A stretch of DNA of 53,337 bases from positions 1-53,337 of the IMG/VR virus record IMGVR_UViG_3300032892_000071, one strand, 5' to 3'. The translations under genes and the position numbers were made by a program. This document shows positions 27,801 through 36,002 of the stretch, piece by piece. The DNA comes from a virus (taxonomy: Duplodnaviria > Caudoviricetes). The notes under the pieces were generated by a model. The model ran no database searches. It was not told the DNA's origin and worked only from the letters and a program-made list of their open reading frames with translations. Every line of letters begins with the position of its first letter. Position 1 is the stretch's first letter.

Positions 27801-27816
27801 GGGAAGGGGCCTGATC

Positions 27817-28119
27817 GTGGCGTACAACTGCACCGGCCTCGGGGCGATGAATTTCGCTGTCGCTGAGGGCGGCACCAGCGACTACCAGGGCCTCGCGGTC
27901 CTGGGCACTGTCCCGGCAGCTGGCCAGGTGACCGTTGCTACTGATGCGGCGCTGGAAGACAATATCCGGATTTTTCTCACGGTCCAGTCGGCTGGCACGG
28001 GCACTGTCGGCGCGCTGTACGTGTCGACGGTCGATAACAGCGCCGGGACGTTCACGATCGCCTCGACGTCTACGACAGACGTGAGCACGGTCGCTTGGCT
28101 GATCACAGGGAGCTGCTGA
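27817..28119 (+). CDS. small virion protein, paralogue family B
   Basis: GAAGGGG RBS, GTG 27817; RIFLT...LYV...GTFTIAST..DVSTVAW. Confidence 0.65.
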   Translation: MAYNCTGLGAMNFAVAEGGTSDYQGLAVLGTVPAAGQVTVATDAALEDNIRIFLTVQSAGTGTVGALYVSTVDNSAGTFTIASTSTTDVSTVAWLITGSC

Positions 28120-28120
28120 G

Positions 28121-28606
28121 ATGGCAACCATTCATACCCCGGTCACCGGGGCCCCGGCGCTGATCTACAGCCCGTCAGCGTCGGGTACGCCGCATGTGAC
28201 GGTCATCAACGAGGGCCCTTCTGCTGTCTACATCGGGCGGGCTGGAGTGACGTCCAGCAGCGGGATGCCGTTGCAGCCACAGCAGGAGCTGTCGCTGCCG
28301 TTCGCGCCGGCCGCGCTGTACGCCGTGGCCAGTGTGGCGTCAGCCGGCACGACCATCAACACGAATCTGGCTTTCAACAGCGGCGGGACGCAGCTGACGT
28401 TCGGCAGCAACTTCTACTCGGCGGCGGTGAACAACACGCAGGCGCAGATCGGGTCGGGCAGCAGCGCCGAGGTGGTGACCATCACCGCCGGCGGGGGCAC
28501 GGGAACGCTGACGGTGTCGGCGCTCGCCTATGACCACCGGACGGCGTCGCCGGTCGGGCCGGTCACACCGGCCGGGTCGGCGGTGCATACCGAGGCGGCG
28601 TGCTGA
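28121..28606 (+). CDS. virion protein, paralogue family A
   Basis: NEGPSAVYIG...VT.SSGMPL; abuts the previous gene. Confidence 0.6.
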   Translation: MATIHTPVTGAPALIYSPSASGTPHVTVINEGPSAVYIGRAGVTSSSGMPLQPQQELSLPFAPAALYAVASVASAGTTINTNLAFNSGGTQLTFGSNFYSAAVNNTQAQIGSGSSAEVVTITAGGGTGTLTVSALAYDHRTASPVGPVTPAGSAVHTEAAC

Positions 28607-28610
28607 CGGG

Positions 28611-28877
28611 ATGGCGATCTCCGCTCAGTTCACGGTGACCGCGGCGGCGCAGCCGCTCATCATGGCGCCGCCGGGGCCGCAGCCGGGGCCGGTCGGCTGG
28701 TGGTACATCACCAACGGCGCCGCTGTCATCTACCTCGGCGGGCCCGGTGTGACCGTCTCGTCCGGCGCGGCCGTGGCCGCGTCGGCGACGCTGTCGGGGT
28801 TCCTGTGGCCGGGTGACGTGATCTGGGCGGTGTCGGCGGGGAGCTCGACGGTTGGCGTGCTGAGAACCGGGAGCTGA
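28611..28877 (+). CDS. small virion protein, paralogue family A
   Basis: ATG 28611; NGAAVIYLGGPGVT..SG..V...LSGFLWPGD. Confidence 0.6.
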   Translation: MAISAQFTVTAAAQPLIMAPPGPQPGPVGWWYITNGAAVIYLGGPGVTVSSGAAVAASATLSGFLWPGDVIWAVSAGSSTVGVLRTGS

Positions 28878-28881
28878 CCCG

Positions 28882-29367
28882 GTGGCCCTTTCGGTGTCGC
28901 CGGTGCTTGTCGGGAACGCCCAGCCGGCTTGCGTTCTCGCCCAGGCGCCTGTCTCGCCCGGGCAGGGGCCGGAAGTGTATGTCCGGCTGACCGTCGGCAT
29001 CGTCCCGGTGTATCTCGGCGGCCCGGGCGTGACCTGGCAGAACGGGGTCCAGGTCGCGGCCGGTGCGGTGTGGACGGGGTACCTGTTCGCCGGTGAGAAG
29101 TTGTGCGCGGTCACGCAGGCTGGGACGTCGCTGGTGAATGTGCTGTTCACCGGTTCCGCGTTCTCGGCGGGCGGCGGCGCGATGCTGGGTTCCTTCCAGC
29201 CGACGATCACCCCGTTTGTGTTTCGTTCCCCTGCGCGGGCCCGGGGCCGGGTCGGTCATGGGGTGGTGCAGGCGGGGCCGTCGGCGCCCCACCCGCCGCC
29301 GTACCCGTACCTTGTCGCCGGAACCGGCACGGCAGGCGGCGGTATCGCCAACCACTGGAACGGCTGA
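28882..29367 (+). CDS. virion protein, paralogue family A with a C-terminal Pro/Arg repeat unit
   Basis: VYLGGPGVT..NG.QV...TGYLFAGE; tail ITPFVFRSPARARGRVG...GGIA. Confidence 0.6.
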   Translation: MALSVSPVLVGNAQPACVLAQAPVSPGQGPEVYVRLTVGIVPVYLGGPGVTWQNGVQVAAGAVWTGYLFAGEKLCAVTQAGTSLVNVLFTGSAFSAGGGAMLGSFQPTITPFVFRSPARARGRVGHGVVQAGPSAPHPPPYPYLVAGTGTAGGGIANHWNG

Positions 29368-29379
29368 AAAGGGGCACCG

Positions 29380-29652
29380 ATGGCACGAGTCGAGCTTCCT
29401 GGTGGCTGCTACGGCCTGGAATGCGCGGACGGCACCAAGTACACCGCTGACCCGGGCGGCCATATCGACGTGTCGGACCGGCACGCCGCCGCGATCAAAA
29501 GCTCGCAGCATGGGCAGACCGGGATGCTGTCCGCGTCGAAGGCGTACCACCTCGGCACCAAAGGTGGCCGGCGCTGCCCCCGGTGCCGGTTCCTCGCCCA
29601 GGTATGGGCGGCTGACTGCCCCCACTGCGGGGCTGCGACCGAAACGGAGTAA
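29380..29652 (+). CDS. small protein with C-terminal zinc ribbon
   Basis: AAGGGG RBS; CPRC...CPHC. Confidence 0.6.
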   Translation: MARVELPGGCYGLECADGTKYTADPGGHIDVSDRHAAAIKSSQHGQTGMLSASKAYHLGTKGGRRCPRCRFLAQVWAADCPHCGAATETE

Positions 29653-29655
29653 CTC

Positions 29656-30270
29656 ATGACGCTTTACGCGAGGTCGGACCTGACCTCGGTGATCATCTCT
29701 GCTGGGAGCGGAGGGTGCGGCACCAGCCACGCCCGACCCGTGACCGCGGGGGCCCCCGCCAAGGTGTGGCAGCTGCGCTGCCCCCAGTGTGAGACCGTCC
29801 TGAAAGGCAGCGACCTGTGGGCCGGGACCGTCGCGGACATCCCCGAGACCCCCGATGAGACCCGGATCCGTGAGGATTACGAGAAACGCGGCGCGAAAGA
29901 CCAGGACCACATGGTCGCGCTCGCCCTGGGGAAGCTGGCCGGGGTTGATGTGCCGGAGTCTTTGACCCGTGTCGTGTCCGGGGCGCAGCCGCACATCCCC
30001 GGGACGCTGCCATGCGCGGGCGGGCATCCGAACCCGGCCGGGGTGAAGTTCTGCGGCGAGTGCGGGACGCCGATGCACCAGCCGGCCGTGCCTGATGAGG
30101 ACGCCGCCCCCCGGCCGCAGGCCGGGCCTGCGGCCGGCGAGGCAGCGGGCCCGGATCTGTCGGCGCTCGGGTACAGCGAGCTGCGGCGCCTGGCGGTGTC
30201 ACGGGGCCTGCCGGGTGCCGGCACCAAAGCCAAGCTGCTGGCGCGGCTGCAGGAGGCCGCCGCAGCATGA
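29656..30270 (+). CDS. zinc-ribbon protein with C-terminal SAP/Rho-N-like helix-extension-helix domain
   Basis: GGAG RBS; CPQC, KFCGECG; LSALGYSELRRLAVSRGLPGAGTKAKLLARL. Confidence 0.65.
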   Translation: MTLYARSDLTSVIISAGSGGCGTSHARPVTAGAPAKVWQLRCPQCETVLKGSDLWAGTVADIPETPDETRIREDYEKRGAKDQDHMVALALGKLAGVDVPESLTRVVSGAQPHIPGTLPCAGGHPNPAGVKFCGECGTPMHQPAVPDEDAAPRPQAGPAAGEAAGPDLSALGYSELRRLAVSRGLPGAGTKAKLLARLQEAAAA

Positions 30271-30291
30271 CCTGCGGGTGCTAGGCGGCGT

Positions 30292-30504
30292 GTGAGGCGG
30301 CGCACTGGAGGCCACGCCGGGCTGTGCGCCCTGTGCGGCGGCCCGCAGCGCCGCCGGTCCGCGCGTAAGTCGGAGCCTGTCGCGGACTGCGGCCTGTGCA
30401 TGGAACCGGTGTGCGAACGGCATGTGCGGTGGGACACCGACAGCAACCGGAACGTGTGCACCCGCTGCGCCCGCGAGTTCGGCCTGACCGTAACCAAAGG
30501 CTGA
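30292..30504 (+). CDS. small Cys-rich zinc-finger protein
   Basis: CALC, CGLC, CERH, CTRC in 70 aa; fills the gap in the operon. Confidence 0.5.
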   Translation: MRRRTGGHAGLCALCGGPQRRRSARKSEPVADCGLCMEPVCERHVRWDTDSNRNVCTRCAREFGLTVTKG

Positions 30505-30521
30505 TGCGGGGGTGATGCCAG

Positions 30522-31466
30522 GTGCCCGTCGCCGGCCCGGGAACTCCCTACGTGACCCCGGAACTGCTCCTCGCCGCTCCTACCGGGATCTCGTGGGCGA
30601 CGATCCCGTCACGCAACGCCACCCCGGCGCAGCAGCAAGCCGAGCAGCTGAACCTGTGCATGCGCGCCACCGCGATGGTCGACGCCTACTGCAACCAGGT
30701 TTTGCGCGCCACCATCGACGTGGAGACGCTGCGGGGGCCGGGGTTCCGGCTCACCTCCGGCGGGAACGGCAACGCCAGGGCGGTCCTGTCCCGGTGGCCG
30801 GTCACGCAGGTCCTCGCTGGGCAGGTCGCCGTGAACTCGCTGCCCTACCAGTGGACGGCGATCCCGGCGCAGTACATGGCACCGGAGGTCCCGCCGATCG
30901 GGGTGTACGGCACCTCCGCGCCCTCGTCCGCGGCGGACGGGGGGCAGGCGATCCAGATCGGCGGCAGCTATGTCAGCTGGCTGAACGGCCGCGGCGGGTA
31001 TGTGCTGCAGGTGACCTACCTGAACGGGTGGCCGCATGCGGGGCTGACCGCCCCAGCGGCTGCTGGGGCGGAGGAGTTGCAGGTGGATGACTGCACCGGG
31101 TGGGCGCCGGTCACAGTGGGGGGGCAGGGCGCGGCTGGGACGGTTTTCGACTCCGGCGCCCAGGAACTTGTCACGTGCACGGCCGCGTCGGCGGTGTCGG
31201 GCCCGGGGACGTTGACGCTGGCGTCGCCGCTGGTGTACGCGCACACGCCGGGTGTGGGCCCGGGGGTGGGGATCGTGGTGTCGGCGCTGCCGCAGCAGAT
31301 CCAGTGGGCGGCGATTAACTTCGCTGCCGCGCAGGCCCTCACGAGGGGCGCGACGTCGACGACGGTGCAGACGATGGGCGGGCAGGCCGGCGGCGGCGGG
31401 AAAGGCCCCGAGGACCTGGCCGGGGAGGCGGAGCTGTTCTGCCACCCCTTCCGCAGGTCCATATAA
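30522..31466 (+). CDS. head-tail adaptor (connector)-like protein
   Basis: YVTPELL...RATAMVDAYCNQ...TYLNGW...LPQQIQWAAI...PFRR pattern typical of gp6/gp15-type adaptors; position. Confidence 0.7.
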   Translation: MPVAGPGTPYVTPELLLAAPTGISWATIPSRNATPAQQQAEQLNLCMRATAMVDAYCNQVLRATIDVETLRGPGFRLTSGGNGNARAVLSRWPVTQVLAGQVAVNSLPYQWTAIPAQYMAPEVPPIGVYGTSAPSSAADGGQAIQIGGSYVSWLNGRGGYVLQVTYLNGWPHAGLTAPAAAGAEELQVDDCTGWAPVTVGGQGAAGTVFDSGAQELVTCTAASAVSGPGTLTLASPLVYAHTPGVGPGVGIVVSALPQQIQWAAINFAAAQALTRGATSTTVQTMGGQAGGGGKGPEDLAGEAELFCHPFRRSI

Positions 31467-31507
31467 CCGTCTAACACACTTGGCCGGTGTGATCGGGTGG
31501 TGGCCGT

Positions 31508-32143
31508 GTGGCGGTGAAGAAGAAGGGGCAAGAGAAATGCCCCGCACCGAAAACCCGCCGCGAATCCGCCGCCGAGAAGAAAAAAGCCGCAGCTAAACGC
31601 CGCGCCGACGCGGCGAAGAAACGCGCCGCCGCCACCAGCAAGCACAAGACCGCCGCGCCGAAGAAACCGGCCGCGGCGAAGGCCCCCGCGAAACACCCCA
31701 AGGCCCCCGCGGTCAAGAAGAAGCCGAAGAAGCTGACCGCGAAGCAGCTCGCCGCGGACAAGGCCAACGCGAAGAAGTGGGCCGCCGCCGCACACGCGAA
31801 AGCGTCAGCGTCGGCGAAGAAACGCGCGAGCGCGACAGCGAAACGGGCCGCTGCGAAGACCCGCGCCGCCAAGCACAAGACGGCGCGGGAAGCGAGCAAG
31901 CGGACCAGGACGGTGCATGCCGCGCACAAGGCGTGCATCGTCGCGCACAAGCACGCCGGCGCGCACGTCCACGGCGGCAAGCACATCAAGAAGATCACCA
32001 AGATCGCGAGCTTGAAGGTGAAGCCGACGGCGAAGCAGATAGCGGAGCGGAAACGGTGGGCCGCGGCCGGCACCGCCGCCGCCCACGCGAAAGCGGTGGC
32101 CCGGCACGAGGCCCTCGGCCTGCCGCCGCTGAAAGGCTGGTGA
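31508..32143 (+). CDS. Lys/Ala-rich histone H1-like basic protein
   Basis: KKKAAAKRR, KKPAAAKAPAK runs; two KxTAKQ(L/I)A...KxWAAA repeats; few acidic residues. Confidence 0.65.
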   Translation: MAVKKKGQEKCPAPKTRRESAAEKKKAAAKRRADAAKKRAAATSKHKTAAPKKPAAAKAPAKHPKAPAVKKKPKKLTAKQLAADKANAKKWAAAAHAKASASAKKRASATAKRAAAKTRAAKHKTAREASKRTRTVHAAHKACIVAHKHAGAHVHGGKHIKKITKIASLKVKPTAKQIAERKRWAAAGTAAAHAKAVARHEALGLPPLKGW

Positions 32144-32150
32144 GCTGCCC

Positions 32151-32654
32151 GTGCCCGGCGTCAACGCGGTCCAGACGTACCTGCATGGGCTCCTCGACGG
32201 TGTCCCGGTCCCCTCGAGCGCCGGGCCGCTGCAGGCGTTCATCGAGCCGCCGAACCCGCTCACCGACACCCTTAACCCCGGCGTGTACGTGTGGGACTCC
32301 CTCGGCCCCGAAAAACGCCGCGCCATGCCCCGCGGTAACGTCCTCGCCGGCACCGCCGGATGGAAAGAGATCGACCACACCGCTCACCTGTGGGTGATCT
32401 GGTTCGGGGAGGACACCGACCCCGACTCCGACACCGCGTTCCCCAGCGTGATCGACACGATCACGCAGACGCTCCGCAGCTCCGCGGACCCGGCCGTCAT
32501 CACCGACCCCGAGACGGGGCTGATCTCCTACCTGATCGACGTCGGCGAGAAAATCAACACCGACTACCCGCCGGTGAAAGCTGTCGCGGACCAGCGGTAC
32601 CTGCGGTACGACGCCCAGTTCTCGCTGCCGATCCTCGAACTGTTCCAAGCGTGA
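32151..32654 (+). CDS. neck/tail-terminator-like protein
   Basis: 167 aa, acidic, position between adaptor and tail tube. Confidence 0.5.
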   Translation: MPGVNAVQTYLHGLLDGVPVPSSAGPLQAFIEPPNPLTDTLNPGVYVWDSLGPEKRRAMPRGNVLAGTAGWKEIDHTAHLWVIWFGEDTDPDSDTAFPSVIDTITQTLRSSADPAVITDPETGLISYLIDVGEKINTDYPPVKAVADQRYLRYDAQFSLPILELFQA

Positions 32655-32679
32655 CCGCTCTAGCCCCGCTGGGAGGCGT

Positions 32680-33675
32680 GTGGCGACCTACCCGTATCTC
32701 GGGACAGTCCCGAAGCTCTACCCGCAATACCTCAACGCCGCCGGGCAGCCGCTGTGGGCGATACCTGGCGGCACCTACACCATGACCGCGGTAGCCGGGG
32801 ACGGCGCCGACATATCCGGTGCTATCCCGCCGACCGACGGCCACTGGGGGGCGGCGAGCGGCGCCGTGACCGGTTTCTGGCCCGCCGTCACCCAGGTCGG
32901 CACACCCTCAACGGCCGTGCAGACGACCGGGGCGGCGAACGGCTCAGTCCAGGGCACATGGTCCGCAGGCCAGCCCAGGTCAGCCGGTGACCTGCTCATC
33001 GCCTGCGTCACCGCCTACGGCGACGGCGGGATCGGCACCACCGGGCTCACCGAAACATCCGGCACCTGGGCCCGGCTCGGCTACGCCGTCAACTACGGCA
33101 CCGTCGCCGCGATCTTCGCGAAAGTAGCCGGCGGCGGTGACGGCGCGCCGACGTTCGGCTGCCTCATGAACGGCACCGTCGCCACCACCCGGATGAGCTG
33201 CTACCTGATCGAGCTGACCGGCCTGTACCTGGACAGCTCATCGGTGACCACCACCATCTCGAACACGCTCACCACCGGCACGTCGACCATCACCACCACG
33301 AACCCGGTCGCCTACGCCACCTCCTACGCGATCGCCCTGTGGAACATGGAATCGGCGTCCGGCACCCCGACATGGGCGGCGGCGTCGTCGTGGACGAACG
33401 TGTCAGGCTCCCCCGCGACCGCCGGCGTCAGCCACCCGTTCGTCGACATCTACGCGGCGCCGCCGGTCACGGCGCTGACAGAAGCCCCGTCGATGACCGT
33501 GGCCACCCCGACACGGCAGGCCGCGGTCCTCGCGGTCATCGCGCCGATCACCACCCTCTACACCATGCACGGAGCAGGTGACCCGGGCTCCGCAGGCGAA
33601 CCACCGGGCGAGACAGCCAGCGAGCCAGCCTGGGCTACGGCGGCTGGGACAGAAGTGGAGCAGGGCATTGGCTAA
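32680..33675 (+). CDS. tail-associated beta-sandwich protein (paralogue of 12213 second domain)
   Basis: GGAGG RBS; GTWSAGQPRSAGDLLIA...DGAPTF...MSCYLIELTG. Confidence 0.6.
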   Translation: MATYPYLGTVPKLYPQYLNAAGQPLWAIPGGTYTMTAVAGDGADISGAIPPTDGHWGAASGAVTGFWPAVTQVGTPSTAVQTTGAANGSVQGTWSAGQPRSAGDLLIACVTAYGDGGIGTTGLTETSGTWARLGYAVNYGTVAAIFAKVAGGGDGAPTFGCLMNGTVATTRMSCYLIELTGLYLDSSSVTTTISNTLTTGTSTITTTNPVAYATSYAIALWNMESASGTPTWAAASSWTNVSGSPATAGVSHPFVDIYAAPPVTALTEAPSMTVATPTRQAAVLAVIAPITTLYTMHGAGDPGSAGEPPGETASEPAWATAAGTEVEQGIG

Positions 33676-34918
33676 CGCGCCGCACGTCTACCCGGTCACC
33701 AGGCGGTTCATCGGCTGGGGCCCCGAACTGAACCCCGGCACCGCCGTCGTGCCGACCGTCACCGTGCCGATGACAACATTCACCCCCGTCGACAAGATCA
33801 CCTATCTGCATGATGCCGCGTGGCGTAACGCCATGGCCGGCCTCTACAACCTGATCCCCGGCCCGATCATCGCGGACCTGTCCATGGGCGGCCCGTTCTT
33901 CTCCGACACCTACCCGTACCTGCTGAACAACATCCTCGGCGACTACTACGTGTCCGCCATGTCGAACCAAGGCGCGTCGGTGACCTCGGTCGCGGCGTAC
34001 CCGGCGGGAACAACAGCCATCACGCTCACCAGCGGCACCCTGACCCTCAACACGCCCTACCTGTTCTACCTCGGCGACGACTCAGGCCCCGCCGAGGTGA
34101 TCACCCCCACCGCGGGCAGCCTCACCGGCCCCTACACGCTGAACCGGCCGCTGTACTACGCGCACACCATCACCTCCACCCTGACCGCCTCCACCGTCAA
34201 CTCGCTCTACACCCACAACTTCGCCCTGCTGAACTCCGGCACCGGCGCCGGCGGCGCCGCGAACGCCCAGCCCGTCACCCACACCATCACCGACTACACC
34301 GGAGTCCCCGCCACCTCCGGCGCCCGCCAGTACGCCTTCGGCTGCCTATCCGAAACGTCACTGACCGGCACCTCCACCGCGCTGATCCTGTGGGACGCGA
34401 AAGCGATGGGCCTCGGCTCAGTCATCGCCGCGAACGCGCCCACCGCCGCGATCTCCCCCGTCGTGCCGCAGGCCGCGTGGACCACCACCGTCGCCTTCGC
34501 CGGATCGCAAGTGTTCAACGTCTCCGAATGGAAACTCCAGATCACCCGCAAACTTGAGCCGATCTGGACCGACCAAGGGCAGCAAAGCCCCTACGCGATC
34601 CCCCGCGGCGAGCTCACCGCCCAGTGCAACTTCCTGTTCGACCCCGCGCTCGACGAATCACAGTTCCTGTACTACCTGAACAACACCCAGCCGACGCTGC
34701 AGATAACCGCCGCGAACGGCCTCCCCGGCGTCAAAGCGTCAACGCTCACGATCAGCGCCCAGATCGCCGGGTTCGACACCGCCGCCATCGACGACAAGAA
34801 AACAGTGTTCGGCTTCGACCAGCAGGCGCTGCTGATCGCGAACACGACCAACGCCGGTATCTCCGGGGGGTTCTCCCCGCTGGCCGTCACCATCCAGAAC
34901 GCAACCCCCTCTTACTGA
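33668..34918 (+). CDS. major tail (tube) protein
   Basis: TTG 33668 after GGAG; IGWGPE..PGTAV N-terminus; immediately upstream of chaperone and tape measure. Confidence 0.75.
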   Translation: MANAPHVYPVTRRFIGWGPELNPGTAVVPTVTVPMTTFTPVDKITYLHDAAWRNAMAGLYNLIPGPIIADLSMGGPFFSDTYPYLLNNILGDYYVSAMSNQGASVTSVAAYPAGTTAITLTSGTLTLNTPYLFYLGDDSGPAEVITPTAGSLTGPYTLNRPLYYAHTITSTLTASTVNSLYTHNFALLNSGTGAGGAANAQPVTHTITDYTGVPATSGARQYAFGCLSETSLTGTSTALILWDAKAMGLGSVIAANAPTAAISPVVPQAAWTTTVAFAGSQVFNVSEWKLQITRKLEPIWTDQGQQSPYAIPRGELTAQCNFLFDPALDESQFLYYLNNTQPTLQITAANGLPGVKASTLTISAQIAGFDTAAIDDKKTVFGFDQQALLIANTTNAGISGGFSPLAVTIQNATPSY

Positions 34919-34940
34919 CCTTGCTGAGGAGCCGCTCAAG

Positions 34941-35327
34941 ATGAATGTCGCGCTGCCGTCCGGCTGCAAAGCCGAACTGCGGGACCAGATCCTCGCCGGG
35001 GACAAACGCGCCGCCAACGCCGCCATCGAAGTCCACATGGACGCCGACGGCGGCCGTGTCGTGTCCGTGTCCATGACCGACAACGTCAAATACGCGCTCC
35101 TGACCCGGCTGATCGTGTCCTGGGACATCGGCCAGCCCGTACCCAGCCAGGTCGTCGACCCGGTCGGGCTGCTCGACTCGCTGCCCCTCGACGACCTTGA
35201 GGCGCTCGACGAGGCGGTGGACCCCCTCTACCGGCGGATCATGGGCATCAAAGACGGCAAGGATGACGGCCCAAAACCGAAGGCGAAGAAAGTCATCTCC
35301 GGCAGCGCTTCACCGACTACTTCCTAG
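34941..35327 (+). CDS. tail assembly chaperone (gpG-like)
   Basis: GAGGAG RBS; LIVSWD...LDSLPLDDLEAL; slippery site near the 3' end. Confidence 0.8.
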   Translation: MNVALPSGCKAELRDQILAGDKRAANAAIEVHMDADGGRVVSVSMTDNVKYALLTRLIVSWDIGQPVPSQVVDPVGLLDSLPLDDLEALDEAVDPLYRRIMGIKDGKDDGPKPKAKKVISGSASPTTS

Positions 35328-35569
35328 GCCGGCCCGGCGCTCCGCGCCCGTGTGAGCCGCATCTCATCGACTGGTTCCTGGGGGCGCAAAGGTTCCACTG
35401 GACGCCGGAGCAGTGCGATGCGCTGCCGCTGGAGTTCGCGGAGCTGCTGCCGGCGATGGCAGCCGGGTGGGACACCGCGGTCGAACGGGCGTCGCGGCAT
35501 CATCAACGGCCGACGGAGATGGCCCCGGACCCGGGCAGGCCGAGGTTCACCGGCGGCATGGCAGGCTGA
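35270..35569 (+). CDS. -1 programmed-frameshift extension (gpGT-like), slippery site C CCA AAA at 35270-35276
   Basis: X XXY YYZ heptamer in the correct phase; -1 frame open to TGA 35567-35569 encoding ...FHWTPEQCDALPLE... Confidence 0.8.
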   Translation, partial: PKTEGEESHLRQRFTDYFLGRPGAPRPCEPHLIDWFLGAQRFHWTPEQCDALPLEFAELLPAMAAGWDTAVERASRHHQRPTEMAPDPGRPRFTGGMAG

Positions 35570-35580
35570 ACGGGAGGCGT

Positions 35581-35997
35581 GTGGCTGGCGATCTGTCCGA
35601 CGTGGTGGTCAACCTGCAAGCCCTCGAAGGCCGCGGCCCCGCCGTGGCGGTAGCCGCCGCGACCGCGATGGGTGCGCTGATGGTCGCCGAAACGATGAAC
35701 ACCCTGTCGTCGACGTCGTCGTCTCCGTCGGAGCCGGGGACACCGCCCGCGATCGTCACCGGGCAGTTGCGGCGCAGCGTGAAAGCGGAACCGGCGGAGG
35801 TGAGCGGCACGTCGGCGTCGGTGACGGTCGGCGCGACGACCGTGTACGCGCGGATTCAGGAACTCGGCGGGGACGCCGGGGTCGACCACTCCGCGCATCT
35901 GCCGCCGCGGCCGTACCTGGCGCCGACGATTGAGCGGATCCGGCCCGCCTTGCATGACGTCGCGGTCGCCGCCGCGGCGGCGGTGCTGGGCGCCTAG
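35581..35997 (+). CDS. HK97 gp10-like tail completion protein
   Basis: PGTPPAIVTGQLRRSV, YARIQELGG, LPPRPYLAP motifs. Confidence 0.8.
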   Translation: MAGDLSDVVVNLQALEGRGPAVAVAAATAMGALMVAETMNTLSSTSSSPSEPGTPPAIVTGQLRRSVKAEPAEVSGTSASVTVGATTVYARIQELGGDAGVDHSAHLPPRPYLAPTIERIRPALHDVAVAAAAAVLGA

Positions 35998-36002
35998 CCG
36001 CC

